DNA from: an uncultured Alphaproteobacteria bacterium | GTDB lineage: Bacteria > Pseudomonadota > Alphaproteobacteria > Micropepsales > Micropepsaceae | Reading direction: 5' to 3' | NCBI GenBank assembly: GCA_902826695.1 | Contig: CADEFU010000013.1 | Location: 1-64,000 of the forward strand | DNA: 64,000 bases | Shown here: positions 10,892 through 20,298 of the stretch, one piece after another | How positions within the stretch are numbered: position 1 is the stretch's first letter | How the letters are laid out: each line of letters starts with the position of its first letter | The notes under the pieces: generated by a model | The model's input: only the letters and a program-made list of their open reading frames with translations | Told to the model about the DNA's origin: nothing | Database searches by the model: none | Made by a program: the position numbers and the translations under genes

Positions 10892-13800
10892 TCAGGACGC
10901 CGGCGCTTCGACGGCCACGACGTTGTCTTTGTCGTCGCGATCGACCCAGATCGAGTACGGGTCCACGGCGACGAACTTTGGTTCCTTGTCCACCGTGAAC
11001 GTGACTGTCTGCTTGCCGGTTTTGAGCGGGCGTAGTTCGTAGGCAATGACAGCTTCGCGCTTGAAGTCGGGCTCCGTGGGATCGGTCGTGAAGACGCCGA
11101 CGGCCACGTTCTCGGCGAGCGGCGCCTCCGTCTCTTTGCCCTGCCCGTCCGCGTAGAGTTTTTTCGCCTCGACCTCGAACGTCACGTCGAACTTGCCGTC
11201 GGCGCGCTTCGTCGCTTTCGGGGTCGCGGCTTTCAGTTCGTAGAGCGTGATCTTTTCGAACAGGTCCGTGATCAGAGCGTCGTGCTGCGGGCCCGCCGCT
11301 TCACGCAGGATCTTCATGAAGTCGGTCGAGCGCGGATACGGTGTGGCGGCGTATTTGTAGCGCTCGATCATCGTCTTCATCGCGCCGTTGACGACCGCGG
11401 CGCCGACCTCCGTCTTCAGCCGGTAGAGGACCATCGCGCCCTTCCGGTAGTGGATGTAGGGCTGATTTTCGACGCGGTAGAGCGGCAACTCTTCGACGTT
11501 TTCCTGAAGGCGGCCTTGCAGATAGGTGTCGCGTTCTTGGTTCAGGAAGCGGCGAACCTGTTCGGGGCCGTAGATTTCCTCCATCACGAGCAGTGACGAA
11601 TAGCTTGCGAACGACTCGCTCAGCATCGTCGAGCCCTGCACGTCGGCGCCCAACACCTGATGCGCCCACCATTGGTGCGCGATTTCGTGCGCGGTGACGT
11701 AGGTGACCATGTCGATCTTCGACGGGTCGGCCAGGATCGCTTTGGTATCCTGCAGGAAGCCGATGTTTTCGGAATAGGCGATCGTGTTCGCGAAGGACTG
11801 CGCGAACGTCGCGATCGCCGGGAACTCGATCATGCGGGCTTGGCGGAACTGATAGGGGCCGAACTCGCGCTCGAACACCTTCATCGACGCCTTCATCACG
11901 TCGAGCATGAGGTCGATGTTGTAGTCATGTTCGGGGTGGTAATAGACCTTGAGCTCGATGCCGTTCCACTTCGTTTCCTTCGTCGCGTAGCGCGCGGACT
12001 GGATCGAGTAGAAGTTTTGGATCGGCGTGTCGGACTTGAAGCGTACGGTGCGGCGGCCGTTCTTCGTCTCGTCGGAGACCACATAGCCCGGTGCGATCGG
12101 CGTTTGGTCCGCGACCGTCGAGACGGTGATGTCGGAGGTGACCCAATCGGAATCCGGGCGCAGGTATGAGTTGCGGCCCGCGGCCGGGTCTTCGAGCTTC
12201 GGCATGCGCAGCTCAGCCGGTAGATCCTGACGGCGACGCACAGTCGGGTTCGCGAGGAAGTTCGAGCGGTGCGTCCCCAAGACGGGCGTCACGAACATGT
12301 TGTTCAGGAACGTGCCGTTGTCGAGGAGCGACGTGTTGTTGCCGGTGTTTCTGAAGCCCTTCTGCTCCCATACCGTCTTGAAGCGGATGTGGCGCTGTTC
12401 GCCGGGCTGCATCGGCGCGTCGAACTTATAGATGCGGTAGGCGTATTCCTTGAACTCGGTGGTCAGCGTTGCGCCGTCGATTTCGAGCTTCTCGACCTTC
12501 AGTTCGTCCGGCAGGTTGATGTGCACTTCGGTCAGTGTCGTGCCGCTGCGGTTCTCGATCAGATAGTCGCCCGTCGTGACGGCGCGCGTGTCGTGCGGAT
12601 AGAGCGCGACATTCAATTGCGTGCCGACGATGCGCGGCTGCGGTTGCGTCGCATATTTCAGCAACGCGCGTTCGGCGTCGGCTTGCAGCTTTTCCTGCTG
12701 ATCCTGCGTACGGTATTCGTTCAGGATCGTCGTGTTGTAGAAGATCCAACTGCCGCTCGTCAGTGCGATCGCGAGCGCCAGCGCGCCAAACGTTCCGGCC
12801 GGGCCCTTCAGGCGGCGGTAGAGGCGCGCGAGGCGGGGGCGGTAACGCGCTTCGGTGCCGCGCGGCCAGATCGCGAAGGCGACGATAACGAGGATGAGCG
12901 CGATCGCGCTCCAATAGACCTCGTGCCAGGCGCGGCCGATCCAGAAGTAACCCAGGCCGTTCATGTCTGACAGCGGTGCGCCGCCGACGGAGCCATAGCG
13001 ATAGAGCCGGTGGTCGTAGCCAAGGTTCGGAAGCTGACTGCTCACGACGAGCCAGATGCCCATCAAGCCCCAGCCGACGAACTTGTGCGGCGCGATCGCT
13101 TGCAGAAATACAGCCAGGATCGCGATGTGGAGGAAATTGATGAACGTCGGGATCACGTACCAGACGAAGTACTTGTCGAGTTCGAAGTTCGTGTAGCCCT
13201 TGTACGCCTGCACGCCGATGCCGACGCCGACCGCAATCAGGAGCGTGACCAGCAACACGAAGGCGATCGCCAGGATCTTCGGCGCGACGAAGACCCAATC
13301 CGGCACTGGCGCGGCGCCGAACAGTTCGTGCGACTTGCGTTCGCGCTCGCGCCACACGAGCTCGCCGGCGTAGTAGGCCGCGATCATGAAGGGGGCGATC
13401 GAGAACGCGCCGGCGACTTGCTCGATCATCTGCCGCGTGACCGGAAGCAGCGTCCACTGATCGAACGAAATGCCCGCCCAGACGGACGCTGTCGCGTTGA
13501 TGATCCCGAGTAGGATCAGGATGGGGAAGGCCGGGCTTCTGACGACTTGCGCCATCTCGAACCGGGTCCACTTCCAAGCTTGGGCGCGCAGCGCGGCGGC
13601 GTCGAACCGGCGCGAAACGTTGACCGGCACGTAGGCCGTGAGCGGTGCCGCCTCTTCCCGCTTGCGGCCGCCGCGCCGGACGCCGCGCTCGCTGAAGCGG
13701 TAGGCGGCGTACGCGAAGGCAAGCAGGGCGAAAGCGACTGTGAACCAGAGCAACCGATTTTCCAGCACGAGCCCGTCGAGCGGCGGCATCATCGTGTTGC

Positions 13801-14479
13801 GGTCGGAGGCCGTCCAATACTTGGTGGCGATCCCTACGGGACCCGAGCCGAACGGATCGAACAAAGAGGCCAGGCGCTCGTTCTTCAGGTCGTTAAGCCA
13901 GACGCCGGAGACGGCCGATAGAATGAAGAGGACGATGACGCCGATATAGGTCATCGTCATGGACCGCACGACGGCCGCGATCGCAAACAGGAATGCGGCG
14001 ACGATGAACAGCGTCGGCACCGCGTAAAGGAAGAAGGCTTGAACGTAGTGCATCAGCACGACGGGGCCTACGCGTTCCTGGTCGAGCCACGGCATCTGTG
14101 CGCCGATGAGCAGGCCCAACGGCACCGCCGCGAACACCAGCACGCTGGCGAGGAACGCACCCGTGAAGCGGCCAAATAGGTAGTCGAATTTCTTGATGCG
14201 GGTGGAGCGGATGATCGAGCCGTAGCCCGTGTCGTCGTCGCGCACCACGACGTTTGCGACGAAGGCCGGAACGATGAAGAGCGAGAAGATGCTCATCACC
14301 AGATGCACGATGACGATCGCGAACGGCGCGTTGATGTTCGTGTTGCCGGGCGCACCGATCTGAATGTTCGGGCTGGCTACGGAGCCGAACGCGAACAGGC
14401 CCATTATCAACGCGGATACCCAGAAGACGGGCGATCTCAGCTGGTAGCGGAACTCGAAACTTGCGATTTTTCCGAACAT
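10892..14479 (-). CDS. ABC-2-type transporter permease fused to an M1-family zinc aminopeptidase domain (1195 aa)
   Basis: The N-terminal ~560 aa are polytopic membrane segments. The C-terminal ~600 aa carry the gluzincin motif TAHEIAHQWWAHQVLGADVQGSTMLSESFASY (HEXXH plus a downstream Glu) and an upstream ...AYSENIGF... segment reminiscent of the M1 GxMEN motif. ATG confirmed at 14479. It lies 7 nt downstream of the ABC ATPase stop. Confidence 0.8.
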   Translation of the reverse strand: MFGKIASFEFRYQLRSPVFWVSALIMGLFAFGSVASPNIQIGAPGNTNINAPFAIVIVHLVMSIFSLFIVPAFVANVVVRDDDTGYGSIIRSTRIKKFDYLFGRFTGAFLASVLVFAAVPLGLLIGAQMPWLDQERVGPVVLMHYVQAFFLYAVPTLFIVAAFLFAIAAVVRSMTMTYIGVIVLFILSAVSGVWLNDLKNERLASLFDPFGSGPVGIATKYWTASDRNTMMPPLDGLVLENRLLWFTVAFALLAFAYAAYRFSERGVRRGGRKREEAAPLTAYVPVNVSRRFDAAALRAQAWKWTRFEMAQVVRSPAFPILILLGIINATASVWAGISFDQWTLLPVTRQMIEQVAGAFSIAPFMIAAYYAGELVWRERERKSHELFGAAPVPDWVFVAPKILAIAFVLLVTLLIAVGVGIGVQAYKGYTNFELDKYFVWYVIPTFINFLHIAILAVFLQAIAPHKFVGWGLMGIWLVVSSQLPNLGYDHRLYRYGSVGGAPLSDMNGLGYFWIGRAWHEVYWSAIALILVIVAFAIWPRGTEARYRPRLARLYRRLKGPAGTFGALALAIALTSGSWIFYNTTILNEYRTQDQQEKLQADAERALLKYATQPQPRIVGTQLNVALYPHDTRAVTTGDYLIENRSGTTLTEVHINLPDELKVEKLEIDGATLTTEFKEYAYRIYKFDAPMQPGEQRHIRFKTVWEQKGFRNTGNNTSLLDNGTFLNNMFVTPVLGTHRSNFLANPTVRRRQDLPAELRMPKLEDPAAGRNSYLRPDSDWVTSDITVSTVADQTPIAPGYVVSDETKNGRRTVRFKSDTPIQNFYSIQSARYATKETKWNGIELKVYYHPEHDYNIDLMLDVMKASMKVFEREFGPYQFRQARMIEFPAIATFAQSFANTIAYSENIGFLQDTKAILADPSKIDMVTYVTAHEIAHQWWAHQVLGADVQGSTMLSESFASYSSLLVMEEIYGPEQVRRFLNQERDTYLQGRLQENVEELPLYRVENQPYIHYRKGAMVLYRLKTEVGAAVVNGAMKTMIERYKYAATPYPRSTDFMKILREAAGPQHDALITDLFEKITLYELKAATPKATKRADGKFDVTFEVEAKKLYADGQGKETEAPLAENVAVGVFTTDPTEPDFKREAVIAYELRPLKTGKQTVTFTVDKEPKFVAVDPYSIWVDRDDKDNVVAVEAPAS

Positions 14480-14486
14480 CTTGCCC

Positions 14487-15362
14487 TCACGCCTTCGCCG
14501 AGCCGGCGAGGGCCGTGAAGTAGACGTCTTCGAGGTCGGGGGGGACGGACTCGAAACCTTGGCCCGGGTTTGTGTCGGAGACGACGTGGATCAGCGTTCT
14601 GCCGCCGACGAGGCGCGAGAGGATGACGTTAAATTGGGCCTTGGCTTGGTCCAGTTCGCTCTTGGCGATGAAGGCACGCCAAACTTTGCCCTTCAGCTCC
14701 GCGATCAAGTCGTTCGGAGCGCCGTGGCGGACGATGTTGCCCTTCGAGATGATCGCCATGTCGGCGCAGAGTTGGGCGACGTCGTCGACGATGTGCGTCG
14801 AGAGGATGACCACGACATTCTGACTGATGTCGGCGAGCAGGTTCAGGAAGCGGTTGCGTTCTTCGGGATCGAGGCCCGCCGTCGGCTCGTCGACGATCAG
14901 AAGCTGCGGTTGGCCGATCAGCGCTTGCGCAATGCCGTAGCGCTGGCGCATGCCGCCGGAGAATCCGGCGATCGCTTTGTTGCGCACCGCCCAGAGGTTT
15001 GTTTGCTTGAGAAGCGTTTCGACGGTCTGGCGGCGCTCTTTCGCGTTCGCGATGCCTTTGAGCACCGCCATGTGGTCGAGCATGCGGTAGGCCGACACGC
15101 GCGGATAGACGCCGAAGTCCTGCGGCAGGTAGCCCAAGATTTGGCGAAGGCGTTCGGGTTCTTTGATGACATCGATGTCACCGAAGCGGACGGCGCCTTT
15201 TGAGGGCGCTTGCAGCGTCGCGATCGTGCGCATCAACGTCGACTTGCCGGCGCCGTTGGGCCCGAGCAGGCCGAACAGACCCGGCTTGATCTCAATGCTG
15301 ATGTTGTTCAGCGCAGTTACGCCGCCACGATAGATTTGCGTGACGCCATCGACGGAAAGCAT
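14487..15362 (-). CDS. ABC transporter ATP-binding protein
   Basis: Walker A GPNGAGKST, signature FSGGMRQR, Walker B LLIVDEPTAGLD. The ATG at 15362 is the second codon after the TTG track start. Confidence 0.9.
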   Translation of the reverse strand: MLSVDGVTQIYRGGVTALNNISIEIKPGLFGLLGPNGAGKSTLMRTIATLQAPSKGAVRFGDIDVIKEPERLRQILGYLPQDFGVYPRVSAYRMLDHMAVLKGIANAKERRQTVETLLKQTNLWAVRNKAIAGFSGGMRQRYGIAQALIGQPQLLIVDEPTAGLDPEERNRFLNLLADISQNVVVILSTHIVDDVAQLCADMAIISKGNIVRHGAPNDLIAELKGKVWRAFIAKSELDQAKAQFNVILSRLVGGRTLIHVVSDTNPGQGFESVPPDLEDVYFTALAGSAKA

Positions 15363-15522
15363 ACCCAACCCCCATTAGTCCCCGACGCCTATATAGGGGG
15401 CGAGGGACAGGATTGGCTATCACCATGGCGTGAGGCGAAGCGCGCGCTTGCGCTTCACCGGTCACGCGAGTGCGGCCAAGGTTAAGCGAATGCTATTCTG
15501 GTTCTAAGCGGGCAGAAGAAGA

Positions 15523-16101
15523 TCAATCGTAGCGGCCGGAGTCTTCTTCGCGATAGGGCTCGTCTTGCGTTTCGGCTGCGCCCGTTACTTCCGACACGTT
15601 GCCGTTCGCTTCGGTGCCGGGTTGACCGTTGCCGTTTTGGCCGCGGTACTGACCACCGTTGTTTTGGTAACCGCCCTGTCCGCCGATGTTGTTATTGTTG
15701 TTGCCGCCACCGTACGGCTGCTGCTGACCGCCGCCTTGATGCTGCTGGTGTTGGCCTTGTTGCGCTTGTTGGTGCGCTTGGAACGCCATGATTAGGCGGT
15801 AGTAGTGTTCGGCGTGTTGCAGATAGTTTTCGGCCATCACGCGGTCACCGGACGAGTTCGCATCGCGCGCTAGCTGCAGATACTTCTCGTAGACGTGGTG
15901 CGCGTTGCCGCGGATCTTCACGTCGGGACCGTTCGAGTCGATCGTACGGTGAATGTTGAAAACCTGATCCGGACTGTGTTGGCTGCCGCCGCCTTGATGG
16001 CGTTGACCGCCGCCACCACCGCCTCCGCCGCCGCCGCCGTGATGCTTGCCACGGCCGCGCCCACGCGAGCGCTTGTTGTTCGGTCCAGGTCGCATATTCA
16101 T
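15523..16101 (-). CDS. DUF4167-family low-complexity protein (Gly/Gln/Asn-rich)
   Basis: Contains G11 and N5 runs and the central conserved block VMAENYLQHAEHYYRL. It sits immediately downstream of prfA-prmC, the conserved alphaproteobacterial position for this family. Confidence 0.7.
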   Translation of the reverse strand: MNMRPGPNNKRSRGRGRGKHHGGGGGGGGGGGQRHQGGGSQHSPDQVFNIHRTIDSNGPDVKIRGNAHHVYEKYLQLARDANSSGDRVMAENYLQHAEHYYRLIMAFQAHQQAQQGQHQQHQGGGQQQPYGGGNNNNNIGGQGGYQNNGGQYRGQNGNGQPGTEANGNVSEVTGAAETQDEPYREEDSGRYD

Positions 16102-16423
16102 AAATCAATCCAATGCAGTTGTGTGTGATTCGTCGGTTTCAAAGCGTCACCGTAATGCGCCGCACTTGGCCGCCTGCCCGCACGCGGCGGACGGCCCCAA
16201 GGCTCACTGACTTCGCAACTTCGTAGCCCCTCGAAACCCTCGTTTAAGGCCCTTCAAGCGATCTGTTTGCTATCCGGTCCGGCGCACCCTCGCGCCACGA
16301 CTTTTCAGGCTTTTCAGCCCCTGACGCTGCCCCAGCTGGGCGCTTCAGTTTTTCCGTTATCCGGGCGCAAGCTAGACCTATTTCGGGGGAGATTCCAAGC
16401 GGTTTTTCGGGGTTTTCCTGCGG

Positions 16424-17218
16424 CTAGCGCGCCTCTTGCGGCCACATGGCCACGATGACGCGGTCATGGCCGCCTAAGTCCTTCACGACGCGATGGACAG
16501 TTAGGCCTTCATTTCGCAGCGCTTTTGCAGCGGTTTCGCCTTGGTCGTGGCCGATCTCGATGAGAGCGCGCGCATGCGGCTTCAACAAGTCGTGGAGCGC
16601 GCGCGCGATCACAGCGATCGAGTCGAGACCGTCGCGGCCTGCGCTTAGCGCCAGGCGCGGTTCGAAGTTCTTCACATCGGGGTCGAGTGTTTCAACGACT
16701 GAGTCGGCGATGTAGGGCGGATTCGCGATCACGAGGTCGAAACGCTCGCGCGGCGGATGTGCGAAGTCGGTATGAACGAATTGGGTGCGAGCTTCGACGC
16801 CGTGGTGCGTCGCGTTGCGCGCAGCGACTGCGAGCGCTTCTGGCGAGATGTCGATGCCGATACCGGTCGCTTGCGGCCACTCTCTTAGGAGCGTGATGAG
16901 CAGGCAACCGGAGCCCGTGCCGAGATCGAGGATGCGCGCGGGATGCGGCTTGCATTCCTTGAGCGCGGTTTCGATCAGCGTTTCGGAATCGGGGCGCGGG
17001 ATCAGGACAGCGGACGTTACTTCGAAGTCGAGCGACCAGAATTCTTTGCGGCCGAGGATGTAGGCCACCGGTTCGCGCTGTTCTCGGCGGGCAATGTAGG
17101 CGTCGAACGACGCCACGTCGGACGCCTCTCGCGCGAGGATGCGGACCTCGCGCATCGGCTCATCGATGCCGGCAGCAGCGAGGCGCGCGGCTGCGGCGCG
17201 AAGATCGACGTCAATCAC
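16424..17218 (-). CDS. prmC: Release-factor glutamine N5-methyltransferase
   Basis: NPPYI motif, SAM-binding LDLGTGSGC, and a GTG start that overlaps the prfA stop (GTGA). Confidence 0.9.
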   Translation of the reverse strand: MIDVDLRAAAARLAAAGIDEPMREVRILAREASDVASFDAYIARREQREPVAYILGRKEFWSLDFEVTSAVLIPRPDSETLIETALKECKPHPARILDLGTGSGCLLITLLREWPQATGIGIDISPEALAVAARNATHHGVEARTQFVHTDFAHPPRERFDLVIANPPYIADSVVETLDPDVKNFEPRLALSAGRDGLDSIAVIARALHDLLKPHARALIEIGHDQGETAAKALRNEGLTVHRVVKDLGGHDRVIVAMWPQEAR

Positions 17219-18285
17219 TTGCTTTCATCTAGCGTGGCGAGACGCTTGGCTTGATCGTCGTTGATGAGTGCGTCGATGATTTTGCCGAGGCTTAGGCCCT
17301 GCATCACTTGGTCGAGTTCGTAGAGCGTCAGGTTGATGCGGTGGTCGGTACAGCGGCCTTGCGGGTAGTTGTAGGTGCGGATGCGCTCCGACCGGTCGCC
17401 GGAGCCGACCTGCTCCTTGCGGTCGGCGGCGCGTTCCTTGTCCTTGCGCTCGCGTTCGGCGTCGTAGATCCGCGCCTTCAGGATCTTCATCGCCTTGGCT
17501 TTGTTCTTGTGCTGCGATTTTTCTTCCTGCATCGCGACGACGACGCCGGTCGGGATGTGGGTGATGCGGACCGCGCTTTCGGTTTTGTTGACGTGCTGGC
17601 CGCCGGCGCCGGAGGCGCGGTAGACGTCGATACGCAAGTCGCTTTCGTTGATCTCGATGTCGACGTCTTCCGCTTCGGGCATGACGGCGACGGTCGCGGC
17701 CGAGGTGTGGATACGGCCCTGCGCTTCGGTTGCGGGCACGCGCTGCACACGGTGGACGCCCGATTCGTATTTCAGCTTCGCGAAGACGCCGTTGCCGTTG
17801 ACGGAGCAGATCACTTCCTTGTAGCCGCCGAGGTCGGACGGGCTTTCGGAGAGCATCTCAAACTTCCAACCTTGAAGCTGGGCATAGCGGCGGTACATGT
17901 CGAGAAGGTCGGCCGCGAACAGCGCCGCTTCGTCGCCGCCGGTGCCGGCGCGGACCTCGAGGAAGGCCGAGCCCGCGTCGGCCGAATCCTTCGGCAGCAT
18001 CAGGATCGACAGTTCACGCTCAACGTCGGGCAACGTGCGTTTCAACTCGACCAGTTCGTCGCCTGCCATCGCGCGAACGTCGGGATCGGGGTCGGACGCG
18101 AGCTGGCCGAGGTGGGTGATCTCGGCGCGCATCTTCTGTACTTGCTTGGCCTTCGCGACGATGGGGCCGAGGTCGGAGTACTCCTTGGCGAGCTTGGCAA
18201 AAGCCGCCCCCGGATCGGAGGCCATGCGGGCCTCGATCTCAGAATAGCGGTCGAGAATGCGCTCGATTTGTGCGGACGCGATCAA
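17215..18285 (-). CDS. prfA: Peptide chain release factor 1
   Basis: GGQHVNKT motif, PxT-type domain, and an N-terminus that aligns to E. coli PrfA. TTG start. Confidence 0.9.
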   Translation of the reverse strand: MIASAQIERILDRYSEIEARMASDPGAAFAKLAKEYSDLGPIVAKAKQVQKMRAEITHLGQLASDPDPDVRAMAGDELVELKRTLPDVERELSILMLPKDSADAGSAFLEVRAGTGGDEAALFAADLLDMYRRYAQLQGWKFEMLSESPSDLGGYKEVICSVNGNGVFAKLKYESGVHRVQRVPATEAQGRIHTSAATVAVMPEAEDVDIEINESDLRIDVYRASGAGGQHVNKTESAVRITHIPTGVVVAMQEEKSQHKNKAKAMKILKARIYDAERERKDKERAADRKEQVGSGDRSERIRTYNYPQGRCTDHRINLTLYELDQVMQGLSLGKIIDALINDDQAKRLATLDESK

Positions 18286-18303
18286 GGTCGGCTCTTTCGG
18301 TAG

Positions 18304-19431
18304 CTACTTCGCGGGGACGAGGACAGGTTTTTCGCGCTTGGCCTCGATTTCGGCAGCGCGCTTTTCGACGAGGCTCACGATGTGGTCGACGAGTTTGTCG
18401 TTGTCCATTTTGTGGTCGGGTTTGCCCGCCACGTAGACCATGCCGGCCCCTGCCCCACCGCCCGTGAAGCCCAAGTCCGTTTGCGCGGCTTCGCCGGGGC
18501 CGTTGACGACGCAGCCGATGATGGAGAGCGACATCGGTGTCGTGATGTGTTTCAGGCGGTCTTCAAGGGTGGCGACCGTCTTGATGACGTCGAAGCCTTG
18601 GCGCGCGCAGGACGGGCACGCGATGACGTTGACGCCGCGATGGCGCAGTCCCAGCGACTTTAAAATATCGAAACCGACGCGGATTTCCTCGACCGGGTCG
18701 GCCGAGAGCGAGACGCGGATCGTGTCGCCGATGCCGGCCCAGAGAAGCGAGCCGATGCCGATCGCGGATTTCACGGTACCGGTCATGAGGCCGCCGGCCT
18801 CCGTCACGCCGAGGTGGAGCGGGTAGTCGCAGGCTTCCGCCAGACCTTGATACGCCGCGACGGCGAGGAAGACGTCCGACGCCTTCACACTGATCTTGAA
18901 CTCGCGGAAGTCGTTGTCTTCGAGGATGCGGGCGTGGTTGAGCGCGCTCTCGACCATCGCCTCAGGGCACGGTTCGCCGTAGCGTTCGAGCAACTCCTTC
19001 TCAAGCGAGCCGGCGTTGACGCCGATGCGCATGGAGCAGCCGTGGTCCTTCGCGGCTTGCACGACTTCGCGCACGCGGGCGGCGGAGCCGATGTTGCCGG
19101 GGTTGATACGCAGGCACGCGGCGCCCGCCTTCGCGGCCTCGATCGCGCGTTTGTAGTGGAAGTGGATGTCGGCCACGATCGGCACGGTGGAGGCGCGCAC
19201 GATCGCCTTCAGCGCGGCGGTCGATTCTTCATCCGGGCAAGAGACGCGCACGATATCGGCGCCCGCAGCCTCCAGCGCCTTGATCTGGCGGATGGTCGCG
19301 TTCGCGTCCGACGTCAGTGTGTTCGTCATCGACTGGACGGTGATCGGCGCGTCGCCGCCGACTTCCACGCTTCCCACGCGGATCTTGCGGCTTTTGCGGC
19401 GGGCGATGTCTCGATAGGGCCGGATGCTCAT
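18304..19431 (-). CDS. ispG: 4-hydroxy-3-methylbut-2-enyl diphosphate synthase (flavodoxin type)
   Basis: N-terminus [38 protein letters not shown] and C-terminal Cys cluster CPSCAR...[12 protein letters not shown] confirmed. Confidence 0.95.
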   Translation of the reverse strand: MSIRPYRDIARRKSRKIRVGSVEVGGDAPITVQSMTNTLTSDANATIRQIKALEAAGADIVRVSCPDEESTAALKAIVRASTVPIVADIHFHYKRAIEAAKAGAACLRINPGNIGSAARVREVVQAAKDHGCSMRIGVNAGSLEKELLERYGEPCPEAMVESALNHARILEDNDFREFKISVKASDVFLAVAAYQGLAEACDYPLHLGVTEAGGLMTGTVKSAIGIGSLLWAGIGDTIRVSLSADPVEEIRVGFDILKSLGLRHRGVNVIACPSCARQGFDVIKTVATLEDRLKHITTPMSLSIIGCVVNGPGEAAQTDLGFTGGGAGAGMVYVAGKPDHKMDNDKLVDHIVSLVEKRAAEIEAKREKPVLVPAK

Positions 19432-19539
19432 GGCGGTAGAGATAGCAATCCGCCACCCTTAGTGAAAGGCGGCACGATGCGCATTTAGGCCTTTGAAACC
19501 ACTCACTTTCTATGCTCCAGGGACTTACCCGAGGGTTCC

Positions 19540-20298
19540 ATGGATCGACACTCACCTCCCGCGCTCGATGTCCGGGGTCTGCGCAAGAGTTTTGACGCAC
19601 GTGCGGCGGTTGCCGGGTTGGACCTTCAGGTCCGGGCCGGCGAGTTTTACATGCTGCTTGGACCTAACGGCGCGGGCAAGACGACGACGCTGCGGATGGT
19701 CAGTGGGTTGTTGCAGCCGGACCAAGGGGCGATTTCGATCTTCGGGGTCGATGCGAGGCTCGATCAGGTCGGCGCGAAGCGGATTGTCGGGTGGGTTTCG
19801 GACGAGCCGATGATCTACGACAAGCTGACGCCGAGCGAGTATCTGGCGTTTGTCGCGGGGCTTTGGGGTGTCGAGCAGACCGTCGCAGAGGCGCGGGCGC
19901 GCGAGCTGACCGATTTGCTTGGGCTGGGCAAGGTTGCGCATGCACGCTGCGAGAGCTTCTCGAAGGGGATGCGGCAGAAGGTGGCGCTTGCCGGCGCGTT
20001 GGTGCACGAGCCTCGGTTGATTATCCTCGACGAGCCGTTAACGGGGCTTGATGCGGGGAGCGCGCGGCTCGTCAAGAACGTGCTGACCGAGCGGGTGCGC
20101 GCGGGCGCGACGGTCATCATGACGACGCACATTCTGGAGATCGCCGAACGTATGGCCGATCGTATCGGCGTGATCGCCGGCGGCCGGCTGATCGCGCAAG
20201 GGACGCTGGGCGAGTTGCGCGCGCGGATCGGCAGCGGCGACACGCCGCTTGAAGAGCTGTTTCTTGCAATCGTCGAGAAAGACAGCGCCGCGGCATGA
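19540..20298 (+). CDS. ABC transporter ATP-binding protein
   Basis: Walker A LGPNGAGKTTTLRM, signature FSKGMRQK, Walker B LIILDEPLTGLD. ATG start. The next gene's ATG overlaps its stop codon (ATGA, 20295-20298). Confidence 0.9.
   Translation: MDRHSPPALDVRGLRKSFDARAAVAGLDLQVRAGEFYMLLGPNGAGKTTTLRMVSGLLQPDQGAISIFGVDARLDQVGAKRIVGWVSDEPMIYDKLTPSEYLAFVAGLWGVEQTVAEARARELTDLLGLGKVAHARCESFSKGMRQKVALAGALVHEPRLIILDEPLTGLDAGSARLVKNVLTERVRAGATVIMTTHILEIAERMADRIGVIAGGRLIAQGTLGELRARIGSGDTPLEELFLAIVEKDSAAA

Noticed and set aside
12426-13817. 463-aa ORF on the minus strand in a second frame inside the ABC-permease/M1 gene
   Set aside because: Arg/His/Pro-dominated composition with no motifs. It is a typical alternative-frame artefact of a high-GC coding region; the 1195-aa frame carries the real TM and HEXXH features.
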